Assembly: GCA_963665525.1 (NCBI GenBank)
Contig: OY762280.1
Location: 3,597,410-3,661,409, forward strand
Direction: 5' to 3'
DNA length: 64,000 nt
Source of the DNA: Bacteroidales bacterium
GTDB taxonomy: Bacteria > Bacteroidota > Bacteroidia > Bacteroidales > UBA12077
Below the pieces are notes generated by a model. That model was not told the origin of the DNA, did no database searches, and was given only the letters and a program-made list of their open reading frames with translations. Below, piece by piece: positions 47,830 to 57,128 of this stretch; position 1 is the stretch's first letter, and each line of letters begins with the position of its first letter. Both the position numbers and the translations under genes were made by a program.

Positions 47830-48174
47830 CTACAGTTTTTTTGCTTGATATCCTTCAGCATTTAATATCTGAACTATTTTATCTCTGAAATCACCCTGAA
47901 TTAAGATTTCTCCATCTTTAACAGAACCACCAACAGCACATTTTGTTTTCAATAATTTACCTAAATCTTTTAAGTCATCTTCTGTTCCTACAAAACCATT
48001 CACTAAAGTTGCTTGCTTACCTTTCTTTTTAGCTTTCGTATCAAGGTAAACTTTTAATTTTTGTTTTGATGGTTCTAGCGTTTCTTTTTCCTCTTCTTCG
48101 TCGTAATTGTATTCATAATCCGGATTAGTGGAGTATACAATGTCAACCCTGTTCTTTCTGCTCTTTTTCGACAT
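47830..48174 (-). CDS. yciH: Translation initiation factor SUI1/YciH family protein
   Basis: KGKQATLVNGF...LKDLGKLLKTKCAVGGSVKDGEILIQGDFRDKI is the canonical SUI1 domain. Confidence 0.85.
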   Translation of the reverse strand: MSKKSRKNRVDIVYSTNPDYEYNYDEEEEKETLEPSKQKLKVYLDTKAKKKGKQATLVNGFVGTEDDLKDLGKLLKTKCAVGGSVKDGEILIQGDFRDKIVQILNAEGYQAKKL

Positions 48175-48318
48175 AACAATATGATTATGATGATAAATAA
48201 AATTTTTAGAATTTGGCTAATTTACGTATTTTCGAAGCAATATGTTTGTTATACATATTTTTTTTAGGTTTGACACAATAAAATAGGTGCTAAAACCATT
48301 AATTATCAGAATTTGAAT

Positions 48319-48326
48319 TAGATTTG
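48319..48326 (+). promoter_or_regulatory. Candidate -7 box (TAGATTTG)
   Basis: Exact TAnnTTTG match 27 nt upstream of the ATG at 48353. Confidence 0.4.
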
Positions 48327-48352
48327 GCATTTAAATAAAATCAGTAATCTCG

Positions 48353-51300
48353 ATGGAAAAATTTAAAATTGTAAATCGCATAACGGGCTGGATTGTATTT
48401 TTAATTGCAGCTACAACTTATTTATTAACCATTGAGCCAACAACCAGTTTTTGGGATTGTGGCGAATTTATAGCAACCGCTTTTAAATTAGAAGTAGGGC
48501 ATCCTCCTGGAGCTCCTTTATTTATGATTATAGCCAGAGTTTTTACCTTGTTTGGTGGAGCACCTGAAAATGCAGCTATGATGGTTAATGCCATGTCGGG
48601 TTTGGCAAGTGCATTTACTATTTTATTTCTTTTTTGGTCGATTACGCATATGGCTAAAAAAATGTTCCCTAGAGAAACTGAACTAACCACCGGACAGCTT
48701 ATTGCAATTGTTGGAAGTGGTGTCGTTGGAGCTTTAGCTTACACCTTTTCAGATACCTTTTGGTTTTCGGCTGTTGAAGGTGAGGTTTATGCTTTATCTT
48801 CTTTATTTACTGCTGTAGTTTTTTGGGCTATCCTGAAATGGGAAAATATTGCCAATGAAAAATATGCCAATCGTTGGATTATCTTAATCGCCTATTTAAT
48901 GGGATTATCCATTGGAGTTCACTTACTTAACTTACTAGCCATTCCGGCTATTGTATTAGTTTATTATTTCAAAAAATATGAAGTTTCTCGTAATGGAGTA
49001 ATTAAGGCCTTATTGGTTTCTGTAGCAATACTTGGAACGATTATGTATATCATTATTCCAGGAGTAGTAAAAGTTGCTACCGGATTCGAGCTTATGTTTG
49101 TTAATGGCTTTGGTCTTCCGTTTAATAGCGGGGTTTTCTTTTATATCTTGTTAGTAATAGGAATAACTGTTGGAGCTATTTATTATACTCACAAGAAAAA
49201 GAAGGTTGTTTTAAATACAATTATGGTAGCTTTTGCTGTTATAATGATTGGGTATTCAAGTTTTACCATGATTGTTATTCGTTCTTTAGCAAATCCTCCA
49301 ATGGATGAAAATAATCCTGAAACCGTTTTTGATCTTTTATATTACCTGAATCGTGAACAATATGGTGCAAGACCACTGTTTAAAGGACAATATTACAATG
49401 CTCCTGTAGTTGACAGCGAAGATCCATATACATATCGACAAAAAGATGGTAAATATGTAAAAACATATTCTTTAAACTCAATTTACAAATACGACGAACG
49501 TTTTACGACTATCTTCCCAAGAATGTATAGTCAAACAAACCCTGATCATGAAGGTGAATATAAAAAATGGGCAGATATAAAAGGTAAAAAAATTACCATC
49601 ACTGGATATAATGGAGAACCCGAAATAAGATATGTACCTACTTTTGGTGAAAATCTAAAATTCTTCTTTAGATATCAACTAGGACATATGTACTGGCGTT
49701 ATTTCATGTGGAATTTCTCGGGGCGCCAGAATGATACTCAAAGTCATGGTGAATTAATGAATGGTAACTGGATCACAGGAATCAATTTCATTGATAATGG
49801 TTTAATAGGACCACAAGAAGATTTACCAGATAGCATGAAGAACAGCAAGTCTAGAAATACCTATTATATGCTTCCTTTGTTTTTAGGACTCATAGGATTT
49901 TTCTTCCACTTACGTCGTCATCTAAATGATTTTTCTGTTGTATTACTCCTTTTTGTACTAACAGGAATCGCTATTGTTGTTTACCTTAACCAATATCCTC
50001 TTCAACCACGAGAACGCGATTATGCCTATGCAGGCTCTTTCTATGCATTCTCAATATGGATTGGATTAGGTGTACTTGCTATTTATAATTTCTTCCATAA
50101 AAAATTAAATGCAGTATTAAGTGCCGGCTTAGCAACAACACTATGTGTATTAGCTGTTCCAACCATTATGGCTTCCGAAAACTGGGACGATCATGATCGA
50201 TCTGACAGATATATTGCTCGTGATTTTGCAGCAAACTACCTAAATTCCTGTGCTCCGAATGCCATCTTATTTACGCATGGTGATAACGATACATTCCCTC
50301 TTTGGTATGCTCAAGAAGTAGAAGGAATTAGAACTGATGTTCGTATTGTGAATTTATCCTTGCTAAATACCCATTGGTATATCGATCAAATGAAACGTAA
50401 AGCCTATGATTCAGAACCTGTTCCTTTTGGAATGACTCATGACCAATACTTAAATGGAGTTCGCGATGTGGTGTATATCAATGATCGATTAAATGACTAT
50501 GTGCCGCTTAAACAAGCTATCGATTTTGTAGCTTCTGACGATCAACGTACTAAATTACAAGTAGGGCAAAACGATTTTATTGATTATTTGCCTACCGATA
50601 AATTCATTCTGTCAGTTGATAGTGCTGAAGTAATTGCCAATGGTACTGTTAAACCTGAAGATGCCGATAAAATAGTTTCTGAAATCAAATTTAAATTAGG
50701 CAAACGTAGAATCATGAAAAATGAATTAATGATTCTCGATTTACTTGCAAATAATAATTGGGAGCGTCCTGTTTACTTTGTGTCGACTGCTGGTGATGGT
50801 AATATTGGATTAAACGATTATCTTCAATTGGAAGGATTTGCATATCGTTTAGTACCTATTAAAACACCTTCTAAAGGTTATCTTGAAACAGGAAGAATAG
50901 ATTCAGAGATCATGTATAAAAAACTGATGGAAGATTTCGCCTGGGGTAATATGAATGATCCTAAAGTTTGGATTGATCATACCATAGACAGAACTACTTC
51001 AGTGATAAAAATCAGGAATAATTTTAATCGTTTAGCTCAACAGTTAATCTTAGAAAATAAAAAGGATTCAGCTGAAAAAGTTCTCGATAAAGTAATGGAA
51101 ATAATGCCATCGCATAATTTCAAGTACGACTTATTTATGCTCGATATTATTGAAACATATTATACCCTAGGAGCCAAGGAAAAAGCAAATGCCATTGTTG
51201 CAGAATTTGCTGAAACATCTATGGAAGAGCTAAATTATTACTTTGCTTTACCTCCTAAATTTTTATCAAGTTTAGATTATGAATTAAGACTATCTATTCA

Positions 51301-51412
51301 CTATTTACAAAGACTAAACGAATACGCACGACGATTTGGCAATGCTGAATTAGCCTCAAAAATTGAAAGTGCATTAACCAATGCTTTTAGCCTTTACGAA
51401 CGAAATCAATAA
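48353..51412 (+). CDS. DUF2723 membrane protein (PMT/GT-C-like glycosyltransferase fold, C-terminal TPR-like region)
   Basis: TSFWDCGEFIATAFKLEVGHPPGAPLF is the hallmark N-terminal DUF2723 block. There are about 11 or more TM helices and a large C-terminal soluble domain. Confidence 0.75.
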   Translation: MEKFKIVNRITGWIVFLIAATTYLLTIEPTTSFWDCGEFIATAFKLEVGHPPGAPLFMIIARVFTLFGGAPENAAMMVNAMSGLASAFTILFLFWSITHMAKKMFPRETELTTGQLIAIVGSGVVGALAYTFSDTFWFSAVEGEVYALSSLFTAVVFWAILKWENIANEKYANRWIILIAYLMGLSIGVHLLNLLAIPAIVLVYYFKKYEVSRNGVIKALLVSVAILGTIMYIIIPGVVKVATGFELMFVNGFGLPFNSGVFFYILLVIGITVGAIYYTHKKKKVVLNTIMVAFAVIMIGYSSFTMIVIRSLANPPMDENNPETVFDLLYYLNREQYGARPLFKGQYYNAPVVDSEDPYTYRQKDGKYVKTYSLNSIYKYDERFTTIFPRMYSQTNPDHEGEYKKWADIKGKKITITGYNGEPEIRYVPTFGENLKFFFRYQLGHMYWRYFMWNFSGRQNDTQSHGELMNGNWITGINFIDNGLIGPQEDLPDSMKNSKSRNTYYMLPLFLGLIGFFFHLRRHLNDFSVVLLLFVLTGIAIVVYLNQYPLQPRERDYAYAGSFYAFSIWIGLGVLAIYNFFHKKLNAVLSAGLATTLCVLAVPTIMASENWDDHDRSDRYIARDFAANYLNSCAPNAILFTHGDNDTFPLWYAQEVEGIRTDVRIVNLSLLNTHWYIDQMKRKAYDSEPVPFGMTHDQYLNGVRDVVYINDRLNDYVPLKQAIDFVASDDQRTKLQVGQNDFIDYLPTDKFILSVDSAEVIANGTVKPEDADKIVSEIKFKLGKRRIMKNELMILDLLANNNWERPVYFVSTAGDGNIGLNDYLQLEGFAYRLVPIKTPSKGYLETGRIDSEIMYKKLMEDFAWGNMNDPKVWIDHTIDRTTSVIKIRNNFNRLAQQLILENKKDSAEKVLDKVMEIMPSHNFKYDLFMLDIIETYYTLGAKEKANAIVAEFAETSMEELNYYFALPPKFLSSLDYELRLSIHYLQRLNEYARRFGNAELASKIESALTNAFSLYERNQ

Positions 51413-51433
51413 AATTAACTTAATATTAGTAGT

Positions 51434-51468
51434 AAACACTGCCAAGGTTTAAAACTCTGGCAGTGTTT
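51434..51468 (+). terminator. Rho-independent terminator
   Basis: Stem aaacactgcca/tggcagtgttt followed by a T-run. Confidence 0.8.
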
Positions 51469-51599
51469 TTTATCGTTAAAACTTTAGAAAAGTTGAAAGA
51501 TATTGACTTTACCCAGGGAATATTATAACTTATTCTCGATAAGCTGTAAAACATAATCATTATTTCATCTGTTTCTCTTTTATATTAATTAAAAACACA

Positions 51600-51607
51600 T
51601 ACCTTTG
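51600..51607 (+). promoter_or_regulatory. Candidate -7 box (TACCTTTG) for typA
   Basis: Exact TAnnTTTG match 24 nt upstream of the ATG at 51631. Confidence 0.4.
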
Positions 51608-51630
51608 CACGCTTAAATTTTATAGGGTAA

Positions 51631-53424
51631 ATGCAAAAAATCAAGAACATTGCAATTATAGCGCACGTTGACCATGGTAAGACAACCTTGGTTGATAAGA
51701 TGCTATTAATGGGTAAACTTTTTCGTGAGAATGAAAATCCGGGAGATCTAATCCTGGATAATAATGATCTGGAAAGAGAAAGAGGGATAACCATTTTATC
51801 AAAAAACGTTTCGGTAAACTATAAAGATTATAAAATTAATATAATCGATACTCCTGGTCACGCCGATTTTGGTGGTGAAGTAGAGCGAGTATTAAATATG
51901 GCCGATGGCGTTTTACTCCTGGTTGATGCCTTTGAAGGCACTATGCCACAAACACGCTTTGTGCTTCAAAAAGCACTTTCATTAGGTCTAAAACCTATTG
52001 TGGTTATTAATAAAGTTGATAAGCCCAATTGTCGACCTGAAGAAGTTCAGGAACAAGTTTTTGATTTAATGTTTAATTTAGATGCAAACGAAGATCAATT
52101 AGATTTTCCAACCATTTATGGTTCGGCAAAACAAGGCTGGATGTCGGACGATTGGCAAACACCAACCAACAACATTACTGCCTTAATGGATTGTATCATC
52201 GAAAACATCCCAGATTCAAAGTCGTACGAAGGAACACCTCAAATGTTAATTACTTCTTTGGATTATTCTCCGTATGTTGGTCGAATTGCTATTGGTAAGC
52301 TTTTACGAGGAAACTTAAAACAGGGAATGAATGTTTCGTTGGTTACCAGAGATGGTATTAAAAGAACAAAAATCAAAGAATTACTTACTTACGAAGGTTT
52401 AGGTAAGAAAAAAATCGACGAAGTACAATCAGGAGATATTTGTGCTTTAGTTGGTATTGAAGGATTCTCAATTGGTGATACTATTGCAGATTTTGAAAAT
52501 CCGGAAGGATTGGATCCAATTGCCATCGACGAACCAACCATGAGTATGCTATTTACCATTAACAACTCACCATTTTTTGGTAAAGAAGGTAAGTATGTTA
52601 CATCGCGTCACATTAAAGAACGTTTAGAACGTGAGTTAGAAAAGAATCTTGCTTTGCGTGTTGAAGCAACAGACTCTGCCGATGCTCATACCGTTTATGG
52701 ACGAGGAGTTTTGCACTTGTCGGTATTAATTGAAACCATGCGTCGGGAAGGATATGAATTACAGGTTGGACAACCCCGTGTAATCATCAAAGAAATAGAT
52801 GGTGAAAAGTGCGAACCTATTGAATTCCTAACTGTTGATTTACCAGAAGATTTCTCAGGCAGAGCCATTGAAATTATTCAGCAACGTAAAGGTGAAATGA
52901 TGAATATGGAACGTAAAAACGATCGTGTTTTACTTGAATTCCATATCCCTTCGAGAGGAATTATCGGTTTAAAAAATATATTAATGACAGCAACTGCTGG
53001 TGAGGCAGTTATTGCTCACCGTTTTAAAGATTTTGAACCTTATAAAGGCGATTTTGAAAAACGCCAGGTAGGGTCACTAATTGCAATAGAAACAGGAACA
53101 GCCATTGCTTATGCTTTGGATAAGTTACAAGATAGAGGTAAGTTTTTTGTTGAGCCTCAGGAAGAAATTTATGAAGGACAAGTTGTTGGTGAAAACACCA
53201 AAGAAGGCGATATCGGTTTAAATGTTACAAAAACTAAAAAGCTTTCTAATGTTCGAGCATCAGGTACTGATGATAAAGTAAAACTTCCGCCTCCTGTTAA
53301 ATTTTCTTTGGAAGAAGCTTTAGAATATATTCAGGCAGATGAATATGTTGAGGTTACTCCAAAATCAATCCGTTTACGTAAAATCTATTTAAAAGAACAC
53401 GAACGTAAACGTATGCAGAAGTAA
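51631..53424 (+). CDS. typA: Translational GTPase TypA/BipA
   Basis: [33 protein letters not shown] and NKVDK G-motifs, with BipA-type C-terminal domains. Confidence 0.95.
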   Translation: MQKIKNIAIIAHVDHGKTTLVDKMLLMGKLFRENENPGDLILDNNDLERERGITILSKNVSVNYKDYKINIIDTPGHADFGGEVERVLNMADGVLLLVDAFEGTMPQTRFVLQKALSLGLKPIVVINKVDKPNCRPEEVQEQVFDLMFNLDANEDQLDFPTIYGSAKQGWMSDDWQTPTNNITALMDCIIENIPDSKSYEGTPQMLITSLDYSPYVGRIAIGKLLRGNLKQGMNVSLVTRDGIKRTKIKELLTYEGLGKKKIDEVQSGDICALVGIEGFSIGDTIADFENPEGLDPIAIDEPTMSMLFTINNSPFFGKEGKYVTSRHIKERLERELEKNLALRVEATDSADAHTVYGRGVLHLSVLIETMRREGYELQVGQPRVIIKEIDGEKCEPIEFLTVDLPEDFSGRAIEIIQQRKGEMMNMERKNDRVLLEFHIPSRGIIGLKNILMTATAGEAVIAHRFKDFEPYKGDFEKRQVGSLIAIETGTAIAYALDKLQDRGKFFVEPQEEIYEGQVVGENTKEGDIGLNVTKTKKLSNVRASGTDDKVKLPPPVKFSLEEALEYIQADEYVEVTPKSIRLRKIYLKEHERKRMQK

Positions 53425-53470
53425 ATATAAAATCCTTTTTATATTTTATTGATTAATTTTTATAACGCTA

Positions 53471-53500
53471 AACCAGCCGGAATAAATATTCCGGCTGGTT
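53471..53500 (+). terminator. Rho-independent terminator of typA
   Basis: Stem aaccagccgg/ccggctggtt followed by TTTTTTT. Confidence 0.85.
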
Positions 53501-53702
53501 TTTTTATACTATTTAACTTGCTATTAATCCACCTAATATTTTTGCTAATTTATAGACTGTTTTTTACGAATGTTCTAGTTTAATCATTCATGTACAAATT
53601 TATTCTGTTTGTCAAAAAAAGTGAGCCTTTTATTATTCTCGGCGTAAAAAAAGATAAACCAACTATCTTATAACAAGTACTAATTTTTAAAATGCAATAA
53701 TT

Positions 53703-54221
53703 ATGAAAATTTTACTCGTAAAATTAGTTTTTATTATAGCATTAGGGAACCCAGAAATAGATTGTAATACAACACACAGTTCTAATTCTGCAAGTGCCAA
53801 TTTAGATGAACTACAGCAAATTGAAAGTTTAATTCGTAAAAAAGCTGGAGCTGAATTTAATAAGAATAGCAAAAATTCCTTTGAACTTAATGGTTATAAC
53901 GTTTTTACAGAAGTAACTGTTCGTAATTATGGTCCAAGCACTTATGAAGAATCATTTTTTGATGTTAATAATCCAAATCATATCTATAAGATGCGTCTTG
54001 TAAAAAACACTTATGGTGAGATTGAATTAGCAGTTTTAATACATGGCGAAGAAGGTATCGAAAATTACCATGCTTGCTTTGATGAAGATGGTGAGATGTT
54101 TGAAGAAGATCCATGGGGACAAGAAGAAAACTACACCACAGAAATTTTTAATGTCTATAAGAAATATCGAGATATATACTCAAAACGGGTTGATGCATTA
54201 GCACAAAAGAGCTTAGATTAA
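53703..54221 (+). CDS. Hypothetical small protein with a hydrophobic N-terminus
   Basis: ORF only. The N-terminal hydrophobic segment is KILLVKLVFIIALG. I do not recognise a family. Confidence 0.4.
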   Translation: MKILLVKLVFIIALGNPEIDCNTTHSSNSASANLDELQQIESLIRKKAGAEFNKNSKNSFELNGYNVFTEVTVRNYGPSTYEESFFDVNNPNHIYKMRLVKNTYGEIELAVLIHGEEGIENYHACFDEDGEMFEEDPWGQEENYTTEIFNVYKKYRDIYSKRVDALAQKSLD

Positions 54222-54232
54222 CTAAGCTCTTT
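54206..54232. terminator. Bidirectional hairpin between convergent genes
   Basis: Stem aaagagcttag/ctaagctcttt, spanning the stop codon of the + gene and 5 nt from the stop of xth. Confidence 0.6.
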
Positions 54233-54236
54233 TTAT

Positions 54237-55007
54237 TTAAAATTCTATTTCAACAACTACAGGACAATGATCTGAATGATGCACATCCTGCAAAATAGTT
54301 GCATTTTTCAATTGAAATCTTAGTGGTTCTGAAATCATGTGATAATCAATTCTCCATCCTAAATTCTTAGCTCTGGCTCCTGCTCTATAACTCCACCAGC
54401 TATATTGTTCTGCTTGTGTATTATATTCACGAAAAGTATCAATATATCCACTGGCAATAAATTGATCTACCCATTCTCTTTCTTCTGGTAAAAATCCTGA
54501 TGTTTTTTTATGTCGCTCAGGATGATTGATGTCTATTGGCTTATGGCAAATATTAAAATCACCACTTACGATTATTTTAGGCCGTTCCTTTTTCAATCTA
54601 TCAACATGTTTCTGAAAATCGGCCAGATATTCCATTTTATAATCTTGACGAACAGTACCAGTAGTTCCTGAAGGGAAATAAGAATTAATCATTGTAATAT
54701 CACCGAAATCAGCCCGAATTGTTCTGCCCTCAACATCATATTTCTCTATGCCTAAACCTTTTATTACCTGATCCGGCTCTTCTTTACTTAAAATAGCAAC
54801 ACTACTATAACCTTTTTTCTCGGCAGAAAACCAATAATGCTTATAACCTAAATCATCAAAAGCCTGTGTTTCCACCTGATCTTTATGTGCTTTTGTTTCC
54901 TGAATTAAAACAATATCTGGGTTGGCCTCTTTTAACCAATCTACAAAACCTTTATTGAGCGCAGCACGAATACCATTCACATTATATGAAACGATCTTTT
55001 TTGTCAT
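54237..55007 (-). CDS. xth: Exodeoxyribonuclease III
   Basis: [22 protein letters not shown] and SDHCPV are canonical ExoIII/APE blocks. Confidence 0.92.
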   Translation of the reverse strand: MTKKIVSYNVNGIRAALNKGFVDWLKEANPDIVLIQETKAHKDQVETQAFDDLGYKHYWFSAEKKGYSSVAILSKEEPDQVIKGLGIEKYDVEGRTIRADFGDITMINSYFPSGTTGTVRQDYKMEYLADFQKHVDRLKKERPKIIVSGDFNICHKPIDINHPERHKKTSGFLPEEREWVDQFIASGYIDTFREYNTQAEQYSWWSYRAGARAKNLGWRIDYHMISEPLRFQLKNATILQDVHHSDHCPVVVEIEF

Positions 55008-55090
55008 AATTCATTTTATTTAATTCTTAACAAATATGGGAATAATATTGAAATATTTAATACTTTCGTAACTGTTCAAAAAGATAAGTT

Positions 55091-56020
55091 TTGAAAAAAG
55101 GATTAGTAACAAAATCAACGGGTAGTTGGTATTCTTTAAAAGATACTGAAACCAGTGAAATTATCAATTGTAATATTCGTGGGAAACTACGAATTCAAGG
55201 AATAAAAAGCACCAATCCGGTTGCTGTTGGTGATTTTGTTGAATATGAAATACCTGACAACTCTGAAACAGGAGTAATAAAAAATGTTTTAGACAGAAAA
55301 AATTACATCATTCGAAAATCAACTAATCTTTCGAAACAAACTCATATTCTGGCAGCAAATATCGATCAGGCAATTCTTTTAGTAACCATTGCGTATCCCG
55401 AAACTTATCCCATATTCATTGATCGTTTCTTAATAACTGCCGAAGCATATAGAATTCCTGCAAAATTAATTTTCAATAAAGTTGATTTATATAACGAGAA
55501 ACAAACCGAATATTTAAACAAATTAATCAAGATATACTCAGATGCCGGGTATGAATGTATCGCAAGCTCAGTTATTAAACAAACTAATATTGATGTCGTT
55601 AAATCGCTATTAAAAGATAAAACATCCTTAATTGCTGGAAATTCAGGGGTTGGAAAATCATCATTAATTAACCTGATTGATCCAAGCATGAATTTAAAAA
55701 CTTCTGAAATATCCGATTATCATAAATCGGGAAAACACACTACAACTTTTGCAGAAATGTTTGATCTCTCAATTGGGGGTCATATCATTGATACACCAGG
55801 AATTAGGGGGTTTGGATTACATGACATTCAGAACGAAGAATTATTTCATTTCTTTCCAGAAATATTTAAAATATCAGAGAACTGCAAATATCATAACTGC
55901 ACACATGTACACGAACCAGGATGTGCTGTAAAAAAAGCCATTGAAGAAGGAAGTATAAGTCAATTAAGATATGAAAATTATCTTAGCATTTTATTCGATG
56001 ACGAATCAAAACATCGTTAA
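55091..56020 (+). CDS. rsgA: Ribosome small-subunit-dependent GTPase A
   Basis: OB-fold N-terminus, circularly permuted GTPase (NKVDL...GNSGVGKSSLIN...DTPG), and a C-terminal zinc knuckle CKYHNCTHVHEPGCAV. The start is a TTG and there is no upstream in-frame ATG. Confidence 0.92.
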   Translation: MKKGLVTKSTGSWYSLKDTETSEIINCNIRGKLRIQGIKSTNPVAVGDFVEYEIPDNSETGVIKNVLDRKNYIIRKSTNLSKQTHILAANIDQAILLVTIAYPETYPIFIDRFLITAEAYRIPAKLIFNKVDLYNEKQTEYLNKLIKIYSDAGYECIASSVIKQTNIDVVKSLLKDKTSLIAGNSGVGKSSLINLIDPSMNLKTSEISDYHKSGKHTTTFAEMFDLSIGGHIIDTPGIRGFGLHDIQNEELFHFFPEIFKISENCKYHNCTHVHEPGCAVKKAIEEGSISQLRYENYLSILFDDESKHR

Positions 56021-56126
56021 TGAAAAAAAAACTTACATTCAAATTCATTTCAATTGCTTTTATCACAAATCTTTTAACCATTCTGTTTTTTTTTATAACT
56101 TGTAAGACTTTAACGCAGCCTATATA

Positions 56127-57116
56127 ATGATGAAAAGATTAGTTTTATGCATATTGATTTCTTCGATTATCTTTTTATCCTGTAATAATAATTCCAGTAA
56201 TGACCTCAACTTCCAACATCTTGAACATGTTGCCGCTTGCATTAACAATGATCTTACCTCAGTAAAAAATGATATAATAAATCTTGCCAGTGCTGTACAA
56301 TATAAAATACCTTTTTATAAGGACTTAAACGAAACATTATCAGACAGGTATTATATTCATCCAGGTGAAATACTCTATTATACAAATTCTACCATTCAAT
56401 CGGCAGCATATTTACCTGCCAATAAGAATTTAACACCTCAACTTAAAAAGCTCATAAAAAATAGTGAGTTACTGGATACCTTTTTTGTAAATACTCTTAT
56501 AAATAATCCTTTGCTATCGCAGGTTTACTTTCTTGATACCAACTCATTTTTACGTATTTATCCATACATTGATGTTGTTAGTTACCTGAAAAGTTCCATT
56601 GATTTAACCCGTCTGAATTCATACCAAACAGTTAAAAACCAACCTTTCATTCAAGATCGAGCTTACTGGGCTAATCAACCATTTGCAGATCCATATGGCA
56701 GAGGTTGGATAGTTTCATGCATAGAACCTATATATTACAGAGAGCAGTTCATTGGAATGATATCTGGTGATATTACTTTACGAAGTATAAAGAATAAATA
56801 TTTATCTTCAGATACTGAGCTTATTATTTTAACAGATCATTCAGGAAAAATTATATGTTGTACCAAAGAAGCTGCTAAAATTACGAATGTCCCACCAATT
56901 AGGGAATTCCAGTATTATAAACCTGTTACTGAAGATATTTACGCATTTGATAATCCTTCGCTATTAAATCACAAAAACAAGAAATTTAAAAATGCTGTTA
57001 AATCCCTGTTATCAGGAAAAAATAAAGCAGTTTTTTACATAGACAGTAAAAAGTATACGATATACAAATCTCAAATAAGAGAAACCAATTGGTTATTATT
57101 AAAAATTATTAATTGA
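56127..57116 (+). CDS. Stand-alone secreted or lipoprotein Cache/PDC-like sensor domain protein
   Basis: Lipoprotein-like signal (ILISSIIFLSC). Cache-like core SQVYFLDTNSFLRIYPY ... ADPYGRGWIVSCIEPIYYREQFIGMISGDITLRSI. It ends 12 nt before the hybrid kinase gene. Confidence 0.6.
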   Translation: MMKRLVLCILISSIIFLSCNNNSSNDLNFQHLEHVAACINNDLTSVKNDIINLASAVQYKIPFYKDLNETLSDRYYIHPGEILYYTNSTIQSAAYLPANKNLTPQLKKLIKNSELLDTFFVNTLINNPLLSQVYFLDTNSFLRIYPYIDVVSYLKSSIDLTRLNSYQTVKNQPFIQDRAYWANQPFADPYGRGWIVSCIEPIYYREQFIGMISGDITLRSIKNKYLSSDTELIILTDHSGKIICCTKEAAKITNVPPIREFQYYKPVTEDIYAFDNPSLLNHKNKKFKNAVKSLLSGKNKAVFYIDSKKYTIYKSQIRETNWLLLKIIN

Positions 57117-57128
57117 TACTAGATTATT

